NCBI GenBank assembly: GCA_963777505.1
Contig: CAVZQN010000004.1
Span: 1,056,001 to 1,120,000 of the forward strand
DNA from: an uncultured bacterium
GTDB taxonomy: Bacteria; Acidobacteriota; HRBIN11; JAKEFK01
Length of the DNA: 64,000 nt
Reading direction: 5' to 3'
Every line of letters begins with the position of its first letter. Within the stretch, counting starts at the first letter, position 1. The notes beneath the pieces are model-generated. The model had not been told where the DNA came from. It saw only the letters and a list, made by a program, of their open reading frames with translations, and searched no databases. Of this stretch, positions 27,920-38,290 are shown one piece after another. Made by a program: the position numbers and the translations under genes.

Positions 27920-30900
27920 ATGAAGAATACCCCTGGTTATTCAGGGCGTAAGACTCTGCATTATGAAGAGGTAGAGAGGCAAAAGGGGAACGAAAACGAA
28001 TATCAGGCTCTATTTGAGATTAATCCGAATCCAACCTGGATATTTGATCTTGCCACTTTAGCCTTTGTCGCAGCAAACGACGCTGCCCTCGCTTTATTCG
28101 GCATTCAAAGAAGTGATTTTCTTAGTCTGAATCTGAAAGATTTATTGACTGAGGAAGAAATTTCGAAATTTTCAAGCAACGAAGAACCTGCGTTGTGGCC
28201 GCATAAAAAACAGAATGGCGAAGTAATCGAAATTTCTGTACATTGCCGTTCCATCGCTTTTCAAGGAAATCCCGCACGCATGGTGGTTGCCTCCCCGAAC
28301 GTAAAATCAAAAAATCCTGATGTCTTTCATCAGGAAATGCGGCTCTTGATGGAACAGTTGCCGCAGATCCTTTGGACAACAGATAGCGATTTGCGTTTTA
28401 CATCAACAACAGGTGCAGGTCTTGCGGGTTTACATTTAAAACCGAATCAATTGGTCGGAAAAACTCTTTTTGAATATTTCAACACAGATGATCGTGATTT
28501 TGAGCCAATCCTTGCACATCGAAGAGCATTAATCGGCGAATCGACTTCCTTTATTACAGAGTGGCAAGGACGCACATTCCAATCTCATGTTGAGCCTTTG
28601 ATGGATCCCGGCGGAAATATCACCGGCACAATGGGTGTCGCTCTTGATATTACTGAACACAAACTGGTCGAAAAGAAACTCAGGGAAGCTGAAGCAAAGC
28701 TGCGGAATATTGTTGAACGAATTCCAGCAATTACATACATCGCAGAATTTGGCAGCTCAGGAAAATGGACTTATGTGAGCCCGCAAATTGAAAAAATTTT
28801 GGGCTTTACTCAGTCAGAATGGACCAATGACTCAAAGTTCTGGATCAATCATGTTTTTTTTGCAGATAGAGAGCGAGTTATAGAAGTAGAAAAGAACTGT
28901 CTTAAAACTGGCGACCCATTTCACTGTGAATACAGGGTCACAGACAAGAACGGACAGATTGTTTGGCTTGGAGATGATGCAGTTGTTGAACGCGGTCCCT
29001 CAGGTGGGCCAGCATTTTTGCATGGCGTGTTGTATGACATTTCAGACCGCAAACGCGCAGAAGATGCCGTACGTGAAAGCGAACTCCGTCTACGGATGAT
29101 TCTTGACACTGCGCTTGATGCAGTCGTTACTATCGATGCAACGGGAATTATCAACGGTTGGAACAAACAAGCTGAATCTTTATTTGGATGGAAGCGGGAT
29201 GAAGCAATCGGAAGGCAATTAACTCAAACCATTATTCCAAAACGCTACCGTGAAGCTCACCGCGCGGGACTTCAACGCTATATTGAAACCGGAAAATCTA
29301 CCATTATCGGTCAACGTGTAGAAGTTTCAGCACTTCATCGGAATGGTCATGAAATCATGGTTGAACTGAGTATTTCACCGATGAAGTCGGACAAGAGTAT
29401 CGCTTTCAGCGCCTTCCTGCGTGATATTACAGAAAACAAAAAATCACAAACGCAGCAAGCCGCTTTGTATCAAATCGCGGAGAGAGCAAATCTTGCTGAA
29501 GATCTTCAGGAATTTTATCGAGCCATCCACAATATTGTTGGAGAGCTGATACAAACAAAGAATTTTTACATTGCACTTCTTGATAGCGACTCAGAGATGC
29601 TCACATTCCCATACTTCGTAGATGAAATAGATCCTGTGCCTGATCCGCGCCCGCTGGGAAAAGGATTGACAGAGTATGTTCTTCGAACCGGTCAGACTTC
29701 TCTCATTTCGCCTGCAACATTTGAGGAACTTATTAAAGCTGGCGAAGTTGAATCGGTTGGAACGGCTTCCGTTGATTGGCTTGGTGTGCCTTTAAAAGCA
29801 GGTGAGAAAACGTTCGGTGTGCTGGTTGTCCAAAGTTATACCTCAGGTAGAAGATTTGGAGAGAAGGAGAAAGAGGTACTTACGTTTGTTTCACAACACA
29901 TTGCGAGCACGCTTGAGCGGAAACGTTCGGAAGAAACAATCCGTCATCAGGCCTATCATGATGCTCTTACAAAATTGCCAAATCGGGTCTTATTCAGAGA
30001 TCGAATGACGCAGGCGCTTGCGCATGCGAGACGTAGAAAAGAAATGGCAGCTATGCTTTTTCTCGATCTGGATCGCTTTAAGATCATCAACGATACATTG
30101 GGCCATGCTGTCGGAGATAAGTTGTTGCAAGGAGTGGCTTACCGTTTGCGCGAGTGTCTACGCAAAGAGGACACAGTCGCACGTCTGGGTGGAGATGAAT
30201 TCATGCTTCTACTCGGCGGTGTGAATCAAGTTGAAGATGCAGCAAGAATTGCGGAAAAAGTTTTGAATGCAATCAGGCCGCCATTTCAAATCGATTCACA
30301 TGAGCTGTACATCAATACAAGTATTGGAATCAGTTTGTATCCACACGATGGTGAGGATGCAGAAACTCTCGTAAAGAACGCCGACATCGCTCTGTACAGA
30401 GCAAAAGAAAAAGGCCGCGATACATATCAATTCTATGCGGCTACGATGAACGAAAAAGCATACGAACAGTTGGAACTTGAAAATAAATTACGCAGAGCAC
30501 TTGAGCGAAATGAATTTGTACTGCACTACCAACCTCAGTTCGATATGCACATGGGAAAAATTATCGGAATGGAAGCTTTGATCCGATGGCAACAGCCAGA
30601 TGGACAGCTTCTTTATCCAATCGATTTTATTGCAATCGCTGAAGATACAGGGATGATTGTTCAGATCGGCGAATGGGTTCTCAAAACTGCATGCGCACAA
30701 AACAAACTCTGGCAGACTTCCGATTTTCTGCCTCTACGTGTTGCTGTAAATCTTTCCGGGCGTCAATTTCACGAAAGCCTGGTTCCTACAATAGCCGACG
30801 TTCTGAAAAGGACAGGACTTGAGCCGCAATTTTTGGAGCTTGAGCTGACAGAAACATCAATCATGAAAAATGACGAGATTGCGGTCAAAATTCTGACTGA

Positions 30901-31276
30901 ACTGAAATCGATGGGAATTCAAATTTGTATCGATGATTTTGGAACAGGCTATTCTTCCTTAAGTTATCTAAAGCGGTTCCCGATCGATACATTAAAAATC
31001 GACCGCAGTTTTATCCGTGAAAGTATGCGTGATGCCGATCATGCAGCGATTGTTGTAGCCATTATTACTATGGCCCATACCTTAAAATTGAAAGTTGTCG
31101 CTGAAGGTGTTGAATCCCCCGAGCAATGGGCTTTTTTGCGCGATCATAATTGCGACAAAATGCAGGGAAATCTTTTCAGCAACCCGCTTCCGGTCGACGC
31201 CTTTACGAGGCTGATTACTGAATTCCGTCAGTTCAAACCGGAAGAAGATGACTTCGAAAGCATCGAAGATTCTTAA
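27920..31276 (+). CDS. Multi-PAS/GAF diguanylate cyclase-phosphodiesterase (GGDEF-EAL)
   Basis: About four PAS domains, a GAF domain (WLGVPL..GVLVVQSY), HDALTKLPNR, RLGGDEF, MEALIRW, DDFGTGYSSL, AEGVE. Confidence 0.95.
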   Translation: MKNTPGYSGRKTLHYEEVERQKGNENEYQALFEINPNPTWIFDLATLAFVAANDAALALFGIQRSDFLSLNLKDLLTEEEISKFSSNEEPALWPHKKQNGEVIEISVHCRSIAFQGNPARMVVASPNVKSKNPDVFHQEMRLLMEQLPQILWTTDSDLRFTSTTGAGLAGLHLKPNQLVGKTLFEYFNTDDRDFEPILAHRRALIGESTSFITEWQGRTFQSHVEPLMDPGGNITGTMGVALDITEHKLVEKKLREAEAKLRNIVERIPAITYIAEFGSSGKWTYVSPQIEKILGFTQSEWTNDSKFWINHVFFADRERVIEVEKNCLKTGDPFHCEYRVTDKNGQIVWLGDDAVVERGPSGGPAFLHGVLYDISDRKRAEDAVRESELRLRMILDTALDAVVTIDATGIINGWNKQAESLFGWKRDEAIGRQLTQTIIPKRYREAHRAGLQRYIETGKSTIIGQRVEVSALHRNGHEIMVELSISPMKSDKSIAFSAFLRDITENKKSQTQQAALYQIAERANLAEDLQEFYRAIHNIVGELIQTKNFYIALLDSDSEMLTFPYFVDEIDPVPDPRPLGKGLTEYVLRTGQTSLISPATFEELIKAGEVESVGTASVDWLGVPLKAGEKTFGVLVVQSYTSGRRFGEKEKEVLTFVSQHIASTLERKRSEETIRHQAYHDALTKLPNRVLFRDRMTQALAHARRRKEMAAMLFLDLDRFKIINDTLGHAVGDKLLQGVAYRLRECLRKEDTVARLGGDEFMLLLGGVNQVEDAARIAEKVLNAIRPPFQIDSHELYINTSIGISLYPHDGEDAETLVKNADIALYRAKEKGRDTYQFYAATMNEKAYEQLELENKLRRALERNEFVLHYQPQFDMHMGKIIGMEALIRWQQPDGQLLYPIDFIAIAEDTGMIVQIGEWVLKTACAQNKLWQTSDFLPLRVAVNLSGRQFHESLVPTIADVLKRTGLEPQFLELELTETSIMKNDEIAVKILTELKSMGIQICIDDFGTGYSSLSYLKRFPIDTLKIDRSFIRESMRDADHAAIVVAIITMAHTLKLKVVAEGVESPEQWAFLRDHNCDKMQGNLFSNPLPVDAFTRLITEFRQFKPEEDDFESIEDS

Positions 31277-31373
31277 ACGTAATACTATAGTTATAGTATT
31301 ACAACCTTCCCCGCAGCCGTAATCTTTTTATCCCTTTAGAACGTCTAAGCGTATCAAAAGGGGGTTTAATTCA

Positions 31374-32453
31374 ATGAAGATGTTGATCCTTTTCCTGCTT
31401 TTGACTTGTTCTCAATTCCTATCGGCCCAAACCGAAGATTGGACTGTTGAGACACATGAATCCGCAGGGTTATCTTCCGAAAAACTGAAAAGCATGGAAG
31501 AAGCAATTCAGAAAAACGATTTCAAAAAAATAACAAGTATTCTCATTGCCCGCCGGGGAAAACTTGTTTATGAAAAGTACTTTGGAGACTTCACAAAGAC
31601 GAGTCTCATGGATACTCGATCCTGCACTAAAACAATAACCTCAATTCTCACAGGCATCGCAATTGAACAAAACAAGGTAAGTTTGAATTCTCCCATCATG
31701 AAGTTTTTTCCTGATAGAAAGGCGGCGAATGCTGATCCGCGCAAAGAAAAAATCACAGTGGAAGATTTCTTAACAATGAGTTCGATCCTTGAGTGTGACG
31801 ATTGGAATGAATACAGCCGTGGAAATGAAGAACGGATGTATCTGATTGAAGATTGGATCCAATTTACGTTGGATTTGCCGGTAAAAGGCTTTCCTTCATG
31901 GGCGGACAAACCTGCAGATGCGCCTTATGGCCGCAGTTTCAGTTACTGTACGGCAGGCGTTACAACTCTGGGTGGTGTACTTGAAACAGCCACAAAAATA
32001 CCTGTTAAAGAATTTGCCCAGAAAAATTTGTTCGATCCTTTACACATCAGCGAAAGTCAATGGAAATTTTCACCACTGGGACTTGCTATGACAGGTGGTG
32101 GTCTCAGTTTGCAAAGCAGGGACCTTCTAAAATTGGGACAACTTTATTTGAATGGCGGCACCTGGAATGGAAAGCGCGTTGTTTCTGAAGGTTGGGTAAA
32201 AACATCGATTCAACCACATGCTAGGATCGACGATGATACGGAATATGGATACTTATGGTGGCTTAAGAAATTCAAAGCCGGCGAAAAAAATCATGGTGCG
32301 TACTTAATGTCCGGAAATGGTGGAAACAAGATTGCAGTCTTTCCCGAATTGGAAATGGTAGTCGTGTTAACAAGTACGAATTACGGAACGTCGGGTATGC
32401 ATCAGCAAACCGATCGCTTGCTGTCCGAATTTATACTTGTTGAGGTAAAGTAA
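31374..32453 (+). CDS. Secreted serine hydrolase (beta-lactamase class C / NylB-like family)
   Basis: SxxK motif (SCTKT), FLTMSS, FSYCT, YGYLWW, SGNGGN. Confidence 0.88.
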   Translation: MKMLILFLLLTCSQFLSAQTEDWTVETHESAGLSSEKLKSMEEAIQKNDFKKITSILIARRGKLVYEKYFGDFTKTSLMDTRSCTKTITSILTGIAIEQNKVSLNSPIMKFFPDRKAANADPRKEKITVEDFLTMSSILECDDWNEYSRGNEERMYLIEDWIQFTLDLPVKGFPSWADKPADAPYGRSFSYCTAGVTTLGGVLETATKIPVKEFAQKNLFDPLHISESQWKFSPLGLAMTGGGLSLQSRDLLKLGQLYLNGGTWNGKRVVSEGWVKTSIQPHARIDDDTEYGYLWWLKKFKAGEKNHGAYLMSGNGGNKIAVFPELEMVVVLTSTNYGTSGMHQQTDRLLSEFILVEVK

Positions 32454-32487
32454 GGCCTGAGGATTTTCGGCGTCTTTGCGGTAAAGA

Positions 32488-33732
32488 ATGGCCTTCAATC
32501 GCGATATCGTTCTGCTTTTTGGAAGCCGTATTGTGCGAATGTTTGCTTACGGCTTCTTGTCAGTGGTACTGCTTTTATATCTAACTTCGATCGGTCTAAC
32601 AGAAACGCAAGCCGGACTTCTCCTGACTTTAACGCTTGTTGGAGATATCGCCATTTCGCTCTGGATGACAGTGCATGCAGACAGGCTTGGCCGGCGTCGC
32701 ATGATGTTACTGGGTGCAGTGCTGATGATTGTTGCAGGGATTGTCTTTGCGTTTACTAATAATTTTGTAATCCTGTTGATTGCTGCTGCGATCGGTGTGA
32801 TCAGTCCAAGCGGTCATGAAGTCGGCCCTTTTCTTTCGATTGAACAGGCTTCGCTTGCGCAGTCGATTCCGGATAACAAACGTACCCACTTTTTTGCCTG
32901 GTACAATCTGGCCGGATCATTTGCCACTGCGGCTGGAGCACTAGCAGTTGGAGTTTTCAGTGAAGCATTGATGAAGTCGGGGTACAGCGTTATTGAAAGT
33001 TACCGGGCCGTTGTTCTTGGTTATGCAATTTTTGGTGTTCTTCTTGTGATCATCTTCTTGCAGCTTTCAAATGCGATCGAAGTAGGGGCGGGTCTAAGAC
33101 CCGCCCGGACAGACCTCCAATCTAAACTTGGCCTACATCGTTCAAAGAAAGTTGTATTACGCTTATCGGCTCTTTTTGCTATGGACGCTTTTGGCGGCGG
33201 CTTCATTATGCAAAGCATTATTGCCTATTGGTTTCACATTCGTTATGGCGTAGACCCGGCAACACTTGGAACAATTTTCTTTTTTGCAAACCTGCTTGCT
33301 GGAATTTCCGCGCTGGCTGCAGCGCGTCTGGCTGCAAGGATCGGGCTTATCAATACAATGGTCTACACTCACATTCCTGCGAATGCAATGCTATTTCTTG
33401 TGCCATTAATGCCGTCATTTGCCTGGGCGATCGGAGTTTTTGTAGCACGATTCAGCATTTCCCAAATGGATGTGCCGACAAGACAATCGTATTTAATGGC
33501 GGTTGTTGATCCGGATGAACGTTCTGCTGCCGCTGGTGTCACTGCAATTGCGCGGTCTGTTGGGGCGTCCTTGTCACCAATCATCACAGGCCCACTTTTA
33601 GCTAGCTCTGTTTTAATCGGTGCGCCTTTTTTTATCGCAGGCTTTTTGAAAATTACATATGACCTGCTTTTGTATCGCAGCTTTAGAGCTGTTAAGCCAC
33701 CCGAAGAAAGAATAAACTCGGCGATACTCTGA
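32488..33732 (+). CDS. MFS transporter
   Basis: About 12 TM segments; motif A ADRLGRRR; SQMDVPTRQSY. Confidence 0.9.
   Translation: MAFNRDIVLLFGSRIVRMFAYGFLSVVLLLYLTSIGLTETQAGLLLTLTLVGDIAISLWMTVHADRLGRRRMMLLGAVLMIVAGIVFAFTNNFVILLIAAAIGVISPSGHEVGPFLSIEQASLAQSIPDNKRTHFFAWYNLAGSFATAAGALAVGVFSEALMKSGYSVIESYRAVVLGYAIFGVLLVIIFLQLSNAIEVGAGLRPARTDLQSKLGLHRSKKVVLRLSALFAMDAFGGGFIMQSIIAYWFHIRYGVDPATLGTIFFFANLLAGISALAAARLAARIGLINTMVYTHIPANAMLFLVPLMPSFAWAIGVFVARFSISQMDVPTRQSYLMAVVDPDERSAAAGVTAIARSVGASLSPIITGPLLASSVLIGAPFFIAGFLKITYDLLLYRSFRAVKPPEERINSAIL
33082..33110. repeat. GTAG-type REP-like palindrome inside the MFS coding sequence
   Basis: GTAG-GGGCGGGTC-TAA-GACCCGCCC-GGAC, read in frame as VGAGLRPART. 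Confidence 0.65.
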
Positions 33733-33749
33733 CGGTAAAAGACACAGAG

Positions 33750-34211
33750 TCATTCCTTGCCGAATGTAGGTTGGTTCGGAATTTCGTCTATATTTTCAGG
33801 CAACGCGGGGAAATATTTACAAAGAATTGCGCCACCTTTGTTGAGGATGATAATTAGTCCTTCGACGAATTCGCCTTTTTTGAAATATTCACTCAACTCC
33901 TGAGCGAGTGTATTCCATCCGTTTTGACCCAGTACTTTATAGATGCCTTCATCGCCAAAAATTGCAAATTTATGATCTTCAACTGCCAGATAAATTAACA
34001 CACCGCTTCGATTTTTCGTGTTGGTAAGTCCGAGTTCTTTCATCAGGACGTATGCACGTTCGAGCGGATCGCCACTGCATTTGCTTTCGATATGGACCAG
34101 AATTTCGCCCTGCGTATTTTTTTCCGCCTCAAAAATGGCTTCGCTGATACGCGCAATTTCGTCTTTCGTAAAAAACAAACGCGGATTTGTAGACCGTTTT
34201 TGTTCTGTCAT
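33750..34211 (-). CDS. TPM domain protein
   Basis: AEKNTQGEI, NRSGVLIYLA..DHKFAIFGDEGI, DEIPN; ATG at 34211 just after the upstream stop. Confidence 0.85.
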   Translation of the reverse strand: MTEQKRSTNPRLFFTKDEIARISEAIFEAEKNTQGEILVHIESKCSGDPLERAYVLMKELGLTNTKNRSGVLIYLAVEDHKFAIFGDEGIYKVLGQNGWNTLAQELSEYFKKGEFVEGLIIILNKGGAILCKYFPALPENIDEIPNQPTFGKE

Positions 34212-34212
34212 G

Positions 34213-35070
34213 TTACCAGCTTCCGCTCGCGCCTCCGCCGCCTGAAGATCCGCCACCTCCACTGAATCCGCCGAACCCACCTCCTCCACCACCACCTGAA
34301 CCACCGCCCCAGCCACCTCCGTAAAATCCACCACCGCCCCAATGATCATCCCTGCCTCTGGGCATCGGTCCGATCGTAAATCCCCCGCGTTTGTTTAAGC
34401 GATACATAAGAAACAGCAGAACCAGCATTAGTACAATCGCTGCAACAGTTGGGAATTTTTCGGCTTTTTCTTCTGGAGCTGTATATTCACCACGGACTGC
34501 CTTTTCAATTGCAATCACTGTATTTTCAATTCCTTGTTCTGGATTCCCTGCGCGAAATTGCGGAACAAATTCGTCCCTTATGATTCGTCCGGATAACGCA
34601 TCCGGAAGTGCACCCTCAAGACCATAACCAACTTCAATGCGGACTTTTCTTTCGTTTACAAAAATCGCAAGTAACACTCCATTGTCATTGTCTTTTTGAC
34701 CGATTCTCCACGCTTCATACATCCGGTTTGTAAAATCTTCAAGACTTTCATCCTCAAGCGACGGGAAAGTAGCTACAATAATTTGTGTCGATGTTTCCGC
34801 TCCTAATTTCCGTAAACGTTGCTCCAAACGTTCTCTGGCTTCAGGACTTAATAAGGAAGCGTAATCATTTACGTAATTACCGGATGGTGGAGGAATTTCA
34901 AGCGCATCAACTGTAAAGGCGCATGACAATAAGAAGCCGGCAAATATGATCAGCATTTTGTAAACGTGATGGGAGCGCGGACATCTTGTCTGCAAATAAA
35001 TTGCGGACTGGAAGTCCGCGGCCCGTAATGCAGGCTGGAAGCCTGCGCTCCTTAGCGAAGAAGACTGCAT
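34213..35070 (-). CDS. TPM domain protein (YgcG/DUF477) with Gly-rich tail
   Basis: YVNDYA, WRIGQKDNDNGVLL, RIEVGYGLEGALPD, GGFSGGGGSSGGGGASGSW. Start is 35070 (reading through a REP) or 34956. Confidence 0.88.
   Translation of the reverse strand: MQSSSLRSAGFQPALRAADFQSAIYLQTRCPRSHHVYKMLIIFAGFLLSCAFTVDALEIPPPSGNYVNDYASLLSPEARERLEQRLRKLGAETSTQIIVATFPSLEDESLEDFTNRMYEAWRIGQKDNDNGVLLAIFVNERKVRIEVGYGLEGALPDALSGRIIRDEFVPQFRAGNPEQGIENTVIAIEKAVRGEYTAPEEKAEKFPTVAAIVLMLVLLFLMYRLNKRGGFTIGPMPRGRDDHWGGGGFYGGGWGGGSGGGGGGGFGGFSGGGGSSGGGGASGSW
34971..35051. repeat. GGGAGCGC-type REP cluster
   Basis: GGGAGCGCGGACATCTTGTCTGC...GCGGACTGGAAGTCCGC..GCAGGCTGGAAGCCTGCGCTCC; near-identical copy at 51460-51560. Confidence 0.8.
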
Positions 35071-35075
35071 GACGA

Positions 35076-35672
35076 TCAGTCGAATTTGACAGCGGGTGGT
35101 TTATCTGCTCCCGCAGCTGCTGAGAAATATGGCACATCTTTAAAGCCGAGTATCCCTGCAATCAAATTCATCGGGAATGAGCGTAGTTTTGTGTTGTATC
35201 CCTGCACAACTTCCGTATATTTGCGCCGCTCAACTGCGATTCTATTTTCTGTGCCTTCTAATTGATTTTGTAACATCAAGAAATTTTCATTCGCTTTAAG
35301 CTGAGGATAGTTTTCAGCTACTGCAAGCAAACGCGACAAAGCTGAACCTAATTGTGCCTGCGCTTCTTCAAACCTTTTGAAGGCTGCGGGATCATTCAAA
35401 AGTTCCGGCGTAATGTTAATTTGACCGGCACGAGAACGAGCTTCCGCAAGCTCTGTATACGTTTCTTTTTCGAATTTCGCTACGCCTTTCACTGTCTCAA
35501 CTAAATTTGGAATCAAATCCATTCTGCGTTGATATACATTTTGCACTTGAGCCCAGGAAGCGTTCACCGCCTCACGTTCTCTTACAAGGCCGTTGTAAGC
35601 AGAGATACCCCACGCACCAATGATCAAAAGGCCTACAACAAGCGCGACAACACAACCAAGTGATTTCTTCAT
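35076..35672 (-). CDS. lemA: LemA family protein
   Basis: YQRRMDLIPNLV, AENYPQLKANENF, LEGTENRI, FPMNLIA; ATG at 35672. Confidence 0.95.
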   Translation of the reverse strand: MKKSLGCVVALVVGLLIIGAWGISAYNGLVREREAVNASWAQVQNVYQRRMDLIPNLVETVKGVAKFEKETYTELAEARSRAGQINITPELLNDPAAFKRFEEAQAQLGSALSRLLAVAENYPQLKANENFLMLQNQLEGTENRIAVERRKYTEVVQGYNTKLRSFPMNLIAGILGFKDVPYFSAAAGADKPPAVKFD

Positions 35673-35728
35673 GCTTCTACTCCTCTCACACCAAGCTATG
35701 GAAATATTTTCAGATGAATCGGCGGGAC

Positions 35729-36055
35729 TTATTGACCATCTGTCGAACAATCGACGCGTTCCCAACCACCACGAATTCTTGTGCTATTACAGTAGGTTTT
35801 ACCAACAGTAGCAGGCGTATTCAGATACTGCAAAATTCCTTCACAAGTTTCATCTTCCGCGGGAACTACTTCACAGACTCCCTGATAGTTCGAATGAATA
35901 AAACAACACGTAGGTACGGTTTCATTTTGCTGACCTTCCTCAGGCGTAGGTAAGTCAAATGACGGCATATCAGCCCCTATCAAAGAGGAAGAAAGAACGA
36001 TTAGAAGAAACCCTAATCTGAATAACTTTCGATAACTTTGCAGGTCCATATGCAC
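35729..36055 (-). CDS. Small secreted Cys-rich hypothetical protein
   Basis: Signal-like hydrophobic stretch; six Cys in the last 60 residues. Confidence 0.6.
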   Translation of the reverse strand: MHMDLQSYRKLFRLGFLLIVLSSSLIGADMPSFDLPTPEEGQQNETVPTCCFIHSNYQGVCEVVPAEDETCEGILQYLNTPATVGKTYCNSTRIRGGWERVDCSTDGQ

Positions 36056-36158
36056 CTCTGCAGAAAACGCGTTATGGATCTAATTTAATCCTGCGATAAC
36101 AAGGTGCTACCCTGGACGGGAAGGTGCAACCTGATTCTTTCAGGTATACGATATAGAT

Positions 36159-36716
36159 ATGGCCTCAGAAGAAACCCTGGTTTTGTTGAAAGCCCTCAAG
36201 TTTTCGGCTAATAAGCACAAGAATCAGCGACGGAAAGATCATGATTTGTCACCCTATATCAATCATCCGATTGATGTCGCTGAGATGCTGCTCCGTGTAG
36301 GAAAGGTTCAAGACATTGATGTGGTTGTAGCGGCTGTTTTGCACGACACCATCGAGGATACCGACACAAAACCCGATGAGATTGAAAAATTATTCGGACA
36401 AAAAGTATTGTCTCTCGTAAATGAAGTTACGGATGATACGACTCTTCCAAAAGAAGTGCGAAAAAACCTGCAAGTCGAGACTGCACCGAAGAAATCTGTC
36501 GGAGCAAAACAAATTAAGATTGCTGATAAAATCAGCAACCTGCGCGATATTGTTCATTCTCCTCCTGCTAATTGGTCACTAGAGCGAAAGATCGAGTATC
36601 TGGATTGGTCTGAACGTGTTGTTGCAGGACTTCGCGGAGTGAATCCCGCACTCGAAAGTCTTTACGATCAGATCTTGATTGAAGCGAAGCAATCACTGCA
36701 TGGCAACCCAAAATAA
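36159..36716 (+). CDS. HD-domain (p)ppGpp hydrolase-like protein (small alarmone hydrolase / MESH1-like)
   Basis: H..QRRK, PYINHP, AAVLHDTIEDT, EVTDD, IKIADKISNLRD. Confidence 0.9.
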   Translation: MASEETLVLLKALKFSANKHKNQRRKDHDLSPYINHPIDVAEMLLRVGKVQDIDVVVAAVLHDTIEDTDTKPDEIEKLFGQKVLSLVNEVTDDTTLPKEVRKNLQVETAPKKSVGAKQIKIADKISNLRDIVHSPPANWSLERKIEYLDWSERVVAGLRGVNPALESLYDQILIEAKQSLHGNPK

Positions 36717-36731
36717 ATCGCTGAGCCAAAA

Positions 36732-37543
36732 ATGACGAACGAAGCCGAACCCGTTGATTTATATAACAGCACATACGGAAAATTTACAGATCCGATCTTA
36801 GTGGAAATTCGGAATGAAGCATTTGGCAAAGATATCGGTCAGAACAGCTGGATTACCGCATCGGAAGTGCAGCGGCTTTTGCAATGGTTGAAGTTGGGTC
36901 CAGCGAGTCAATTGCTTGAAGTGGCTTGTGGAAGCGGTGGACCTGCTTTGTATGTTGCGGAAACGATCGGCTGCAACATTTGTGGTGTCGATAATAATGA
37001 AAATGGAATTGCAACAGCACGTCAGGCGAGTTCGCAAAAAGGTTTTGCAGGCAAAGTCCGATTTGAAGTTGCAGATGCAAATGGCAGGTTGCCATTCGAC
37101 GCAGAATCATTTGATGCAATCCTGTGCATGGATGCTGTCAATCATTTAACGAATCGATTACAGGTTTTGAGCGAATGGCACAGATTGCTGAAACGCGGTG
37201 GACGATTTCTTTATACCGATCCAATCGTCGTTTCTGGTCCGTTAACCAATGAGGAAATGTCGATTCGAAGTTCGATCGGTTTTTTTCTATTCGTTCCTGC
37301 GGGATGTAATGAACAATGGATAGAACAAAATGGTTTCATATTGTTCATCGTGAGGATGTGACTTCAGATGCTGTACTTATCGCAAAGAGATGGCATGATG
37401 CAAGGGAACGAAGAGAAAAAGAATTAATGTTATTGGAAGGCGAAAATCGTTTTAAAGGCTTACAATTATTTTTCGATACTGTTTACAAGCTTTATAATGA
37501 ACGGCGTTTATCGCGTATTGCCTATGTTGGTGAAAAATCGTAA
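36732..37543 (+). CDS. Class I SAM-dependent methyltransferase; frameshift near 37335
   Basis: LLEVACGSGG, LPFDAESFDAI, RLLKRGG. Adding one base joins QNGF to HIVHREDV of ORF 37316..37543. Confidence 0.82.
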
Positions 37544-37545
37544 TC

Positions 37546-37785
37546 ATGTGCAGAAGCATTAAAAAGTTAAGAAAACCTCAAGGAATTCCGACTGATGTTG
37601 AGCTTCATGATGCCGCGCGACAGTTTATAAGAAAAATCAGCGGCTTTCGTGAACCATCGCGTACAAATCAGGTCGCGTTTGAACAAGCGATTGATGATGT
37701 CAGTGAAGCAGCGCGAGCGTTGCTGGAAAAGATCGATAAGGCCAGCAATGCAAAAGTTCTAGTCAGTGATGGATCTAAGAATTGA
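37546..37785 (+). CDS. DUF2277 family protein
   Basis: MCRSIKKL...AARQFIRKISG...S..NQ.AF signature. Confidence 0.8.
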   Translation: MCRSIKKLRKPQGIPTDVELHDAARQFIRKISGFREPSRTNQVAFEQAIDDVSEAARALLEKIDKASNAKVLVSDGSKN

Positions 37786-38197
37786 TCTGAAGAATACTCA
37801 AATACTTTTGAGTTGTTTCAAGTAGTTCCACTTTTTGTATCGGTTTTTGAACAAAACCATTGCATCCCGCCTGAATACATTTGCTTCTTTCAGTTTCGCC
37901 CGTGTGTCCGGTCAAAGCGATAATTGGAATGTCTCTTCCATTTTGCAGACTGCGAATGTATCTGGATGCTGTATATCCATCCATGACGGGCATTTCCATG
38001 TCCATTAAAATTAATGCAACGGGTTCCTTCATGAAAATTTGAACGGCTTCCGCCCCGTTGTTGGCAAAAATCATCCGTCCAACATGTTTTGCTAACAGTC
38101 GTTCGATCAGTTGTTGATTCATTGGAGCATCATCAACAACAAGAATTGTGCCCTCATTCTTGAGGGTCGCCATGTTCATGAGTCCACCTCTTTCCAT
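37775..38197 (-). CDS. Single-domain response regulator (CheY-like)
   Basis: LVVDD, ILMDMEMPVMDG, IIALTG, KPI. Confidence 0.92.
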   Translation of the reverse strand: MERGGLMNMATLKNEGTILVVDDAPMNQQLIERLLAKHVGRMIFANNGAEAVQIFMKEPVALILMDMEMPVMDGYTASRYIRSLQNGRDIPIIALTGHTGETERSKCIQAGCNGFVQKPIQKVELLETTQKYLSILQINS

Positions 38198-38290
38198 TAG
38201 TAATGCAAAACTGATTCCAGGTCACTCATCGAGGATGCGGTGCCTCAATTTTGTGCTTTAATCTCGCCGATGTCTGATTTTTGTCCAGCC

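Noticed and set aside
34213-34345. CCA/CCG-rich low-complexity repeat
   Set aside because: It encodes the normal Gly-rich tail of the TPM protein; the N-terminal extension of ORF 33750..34349 over it is spurious.
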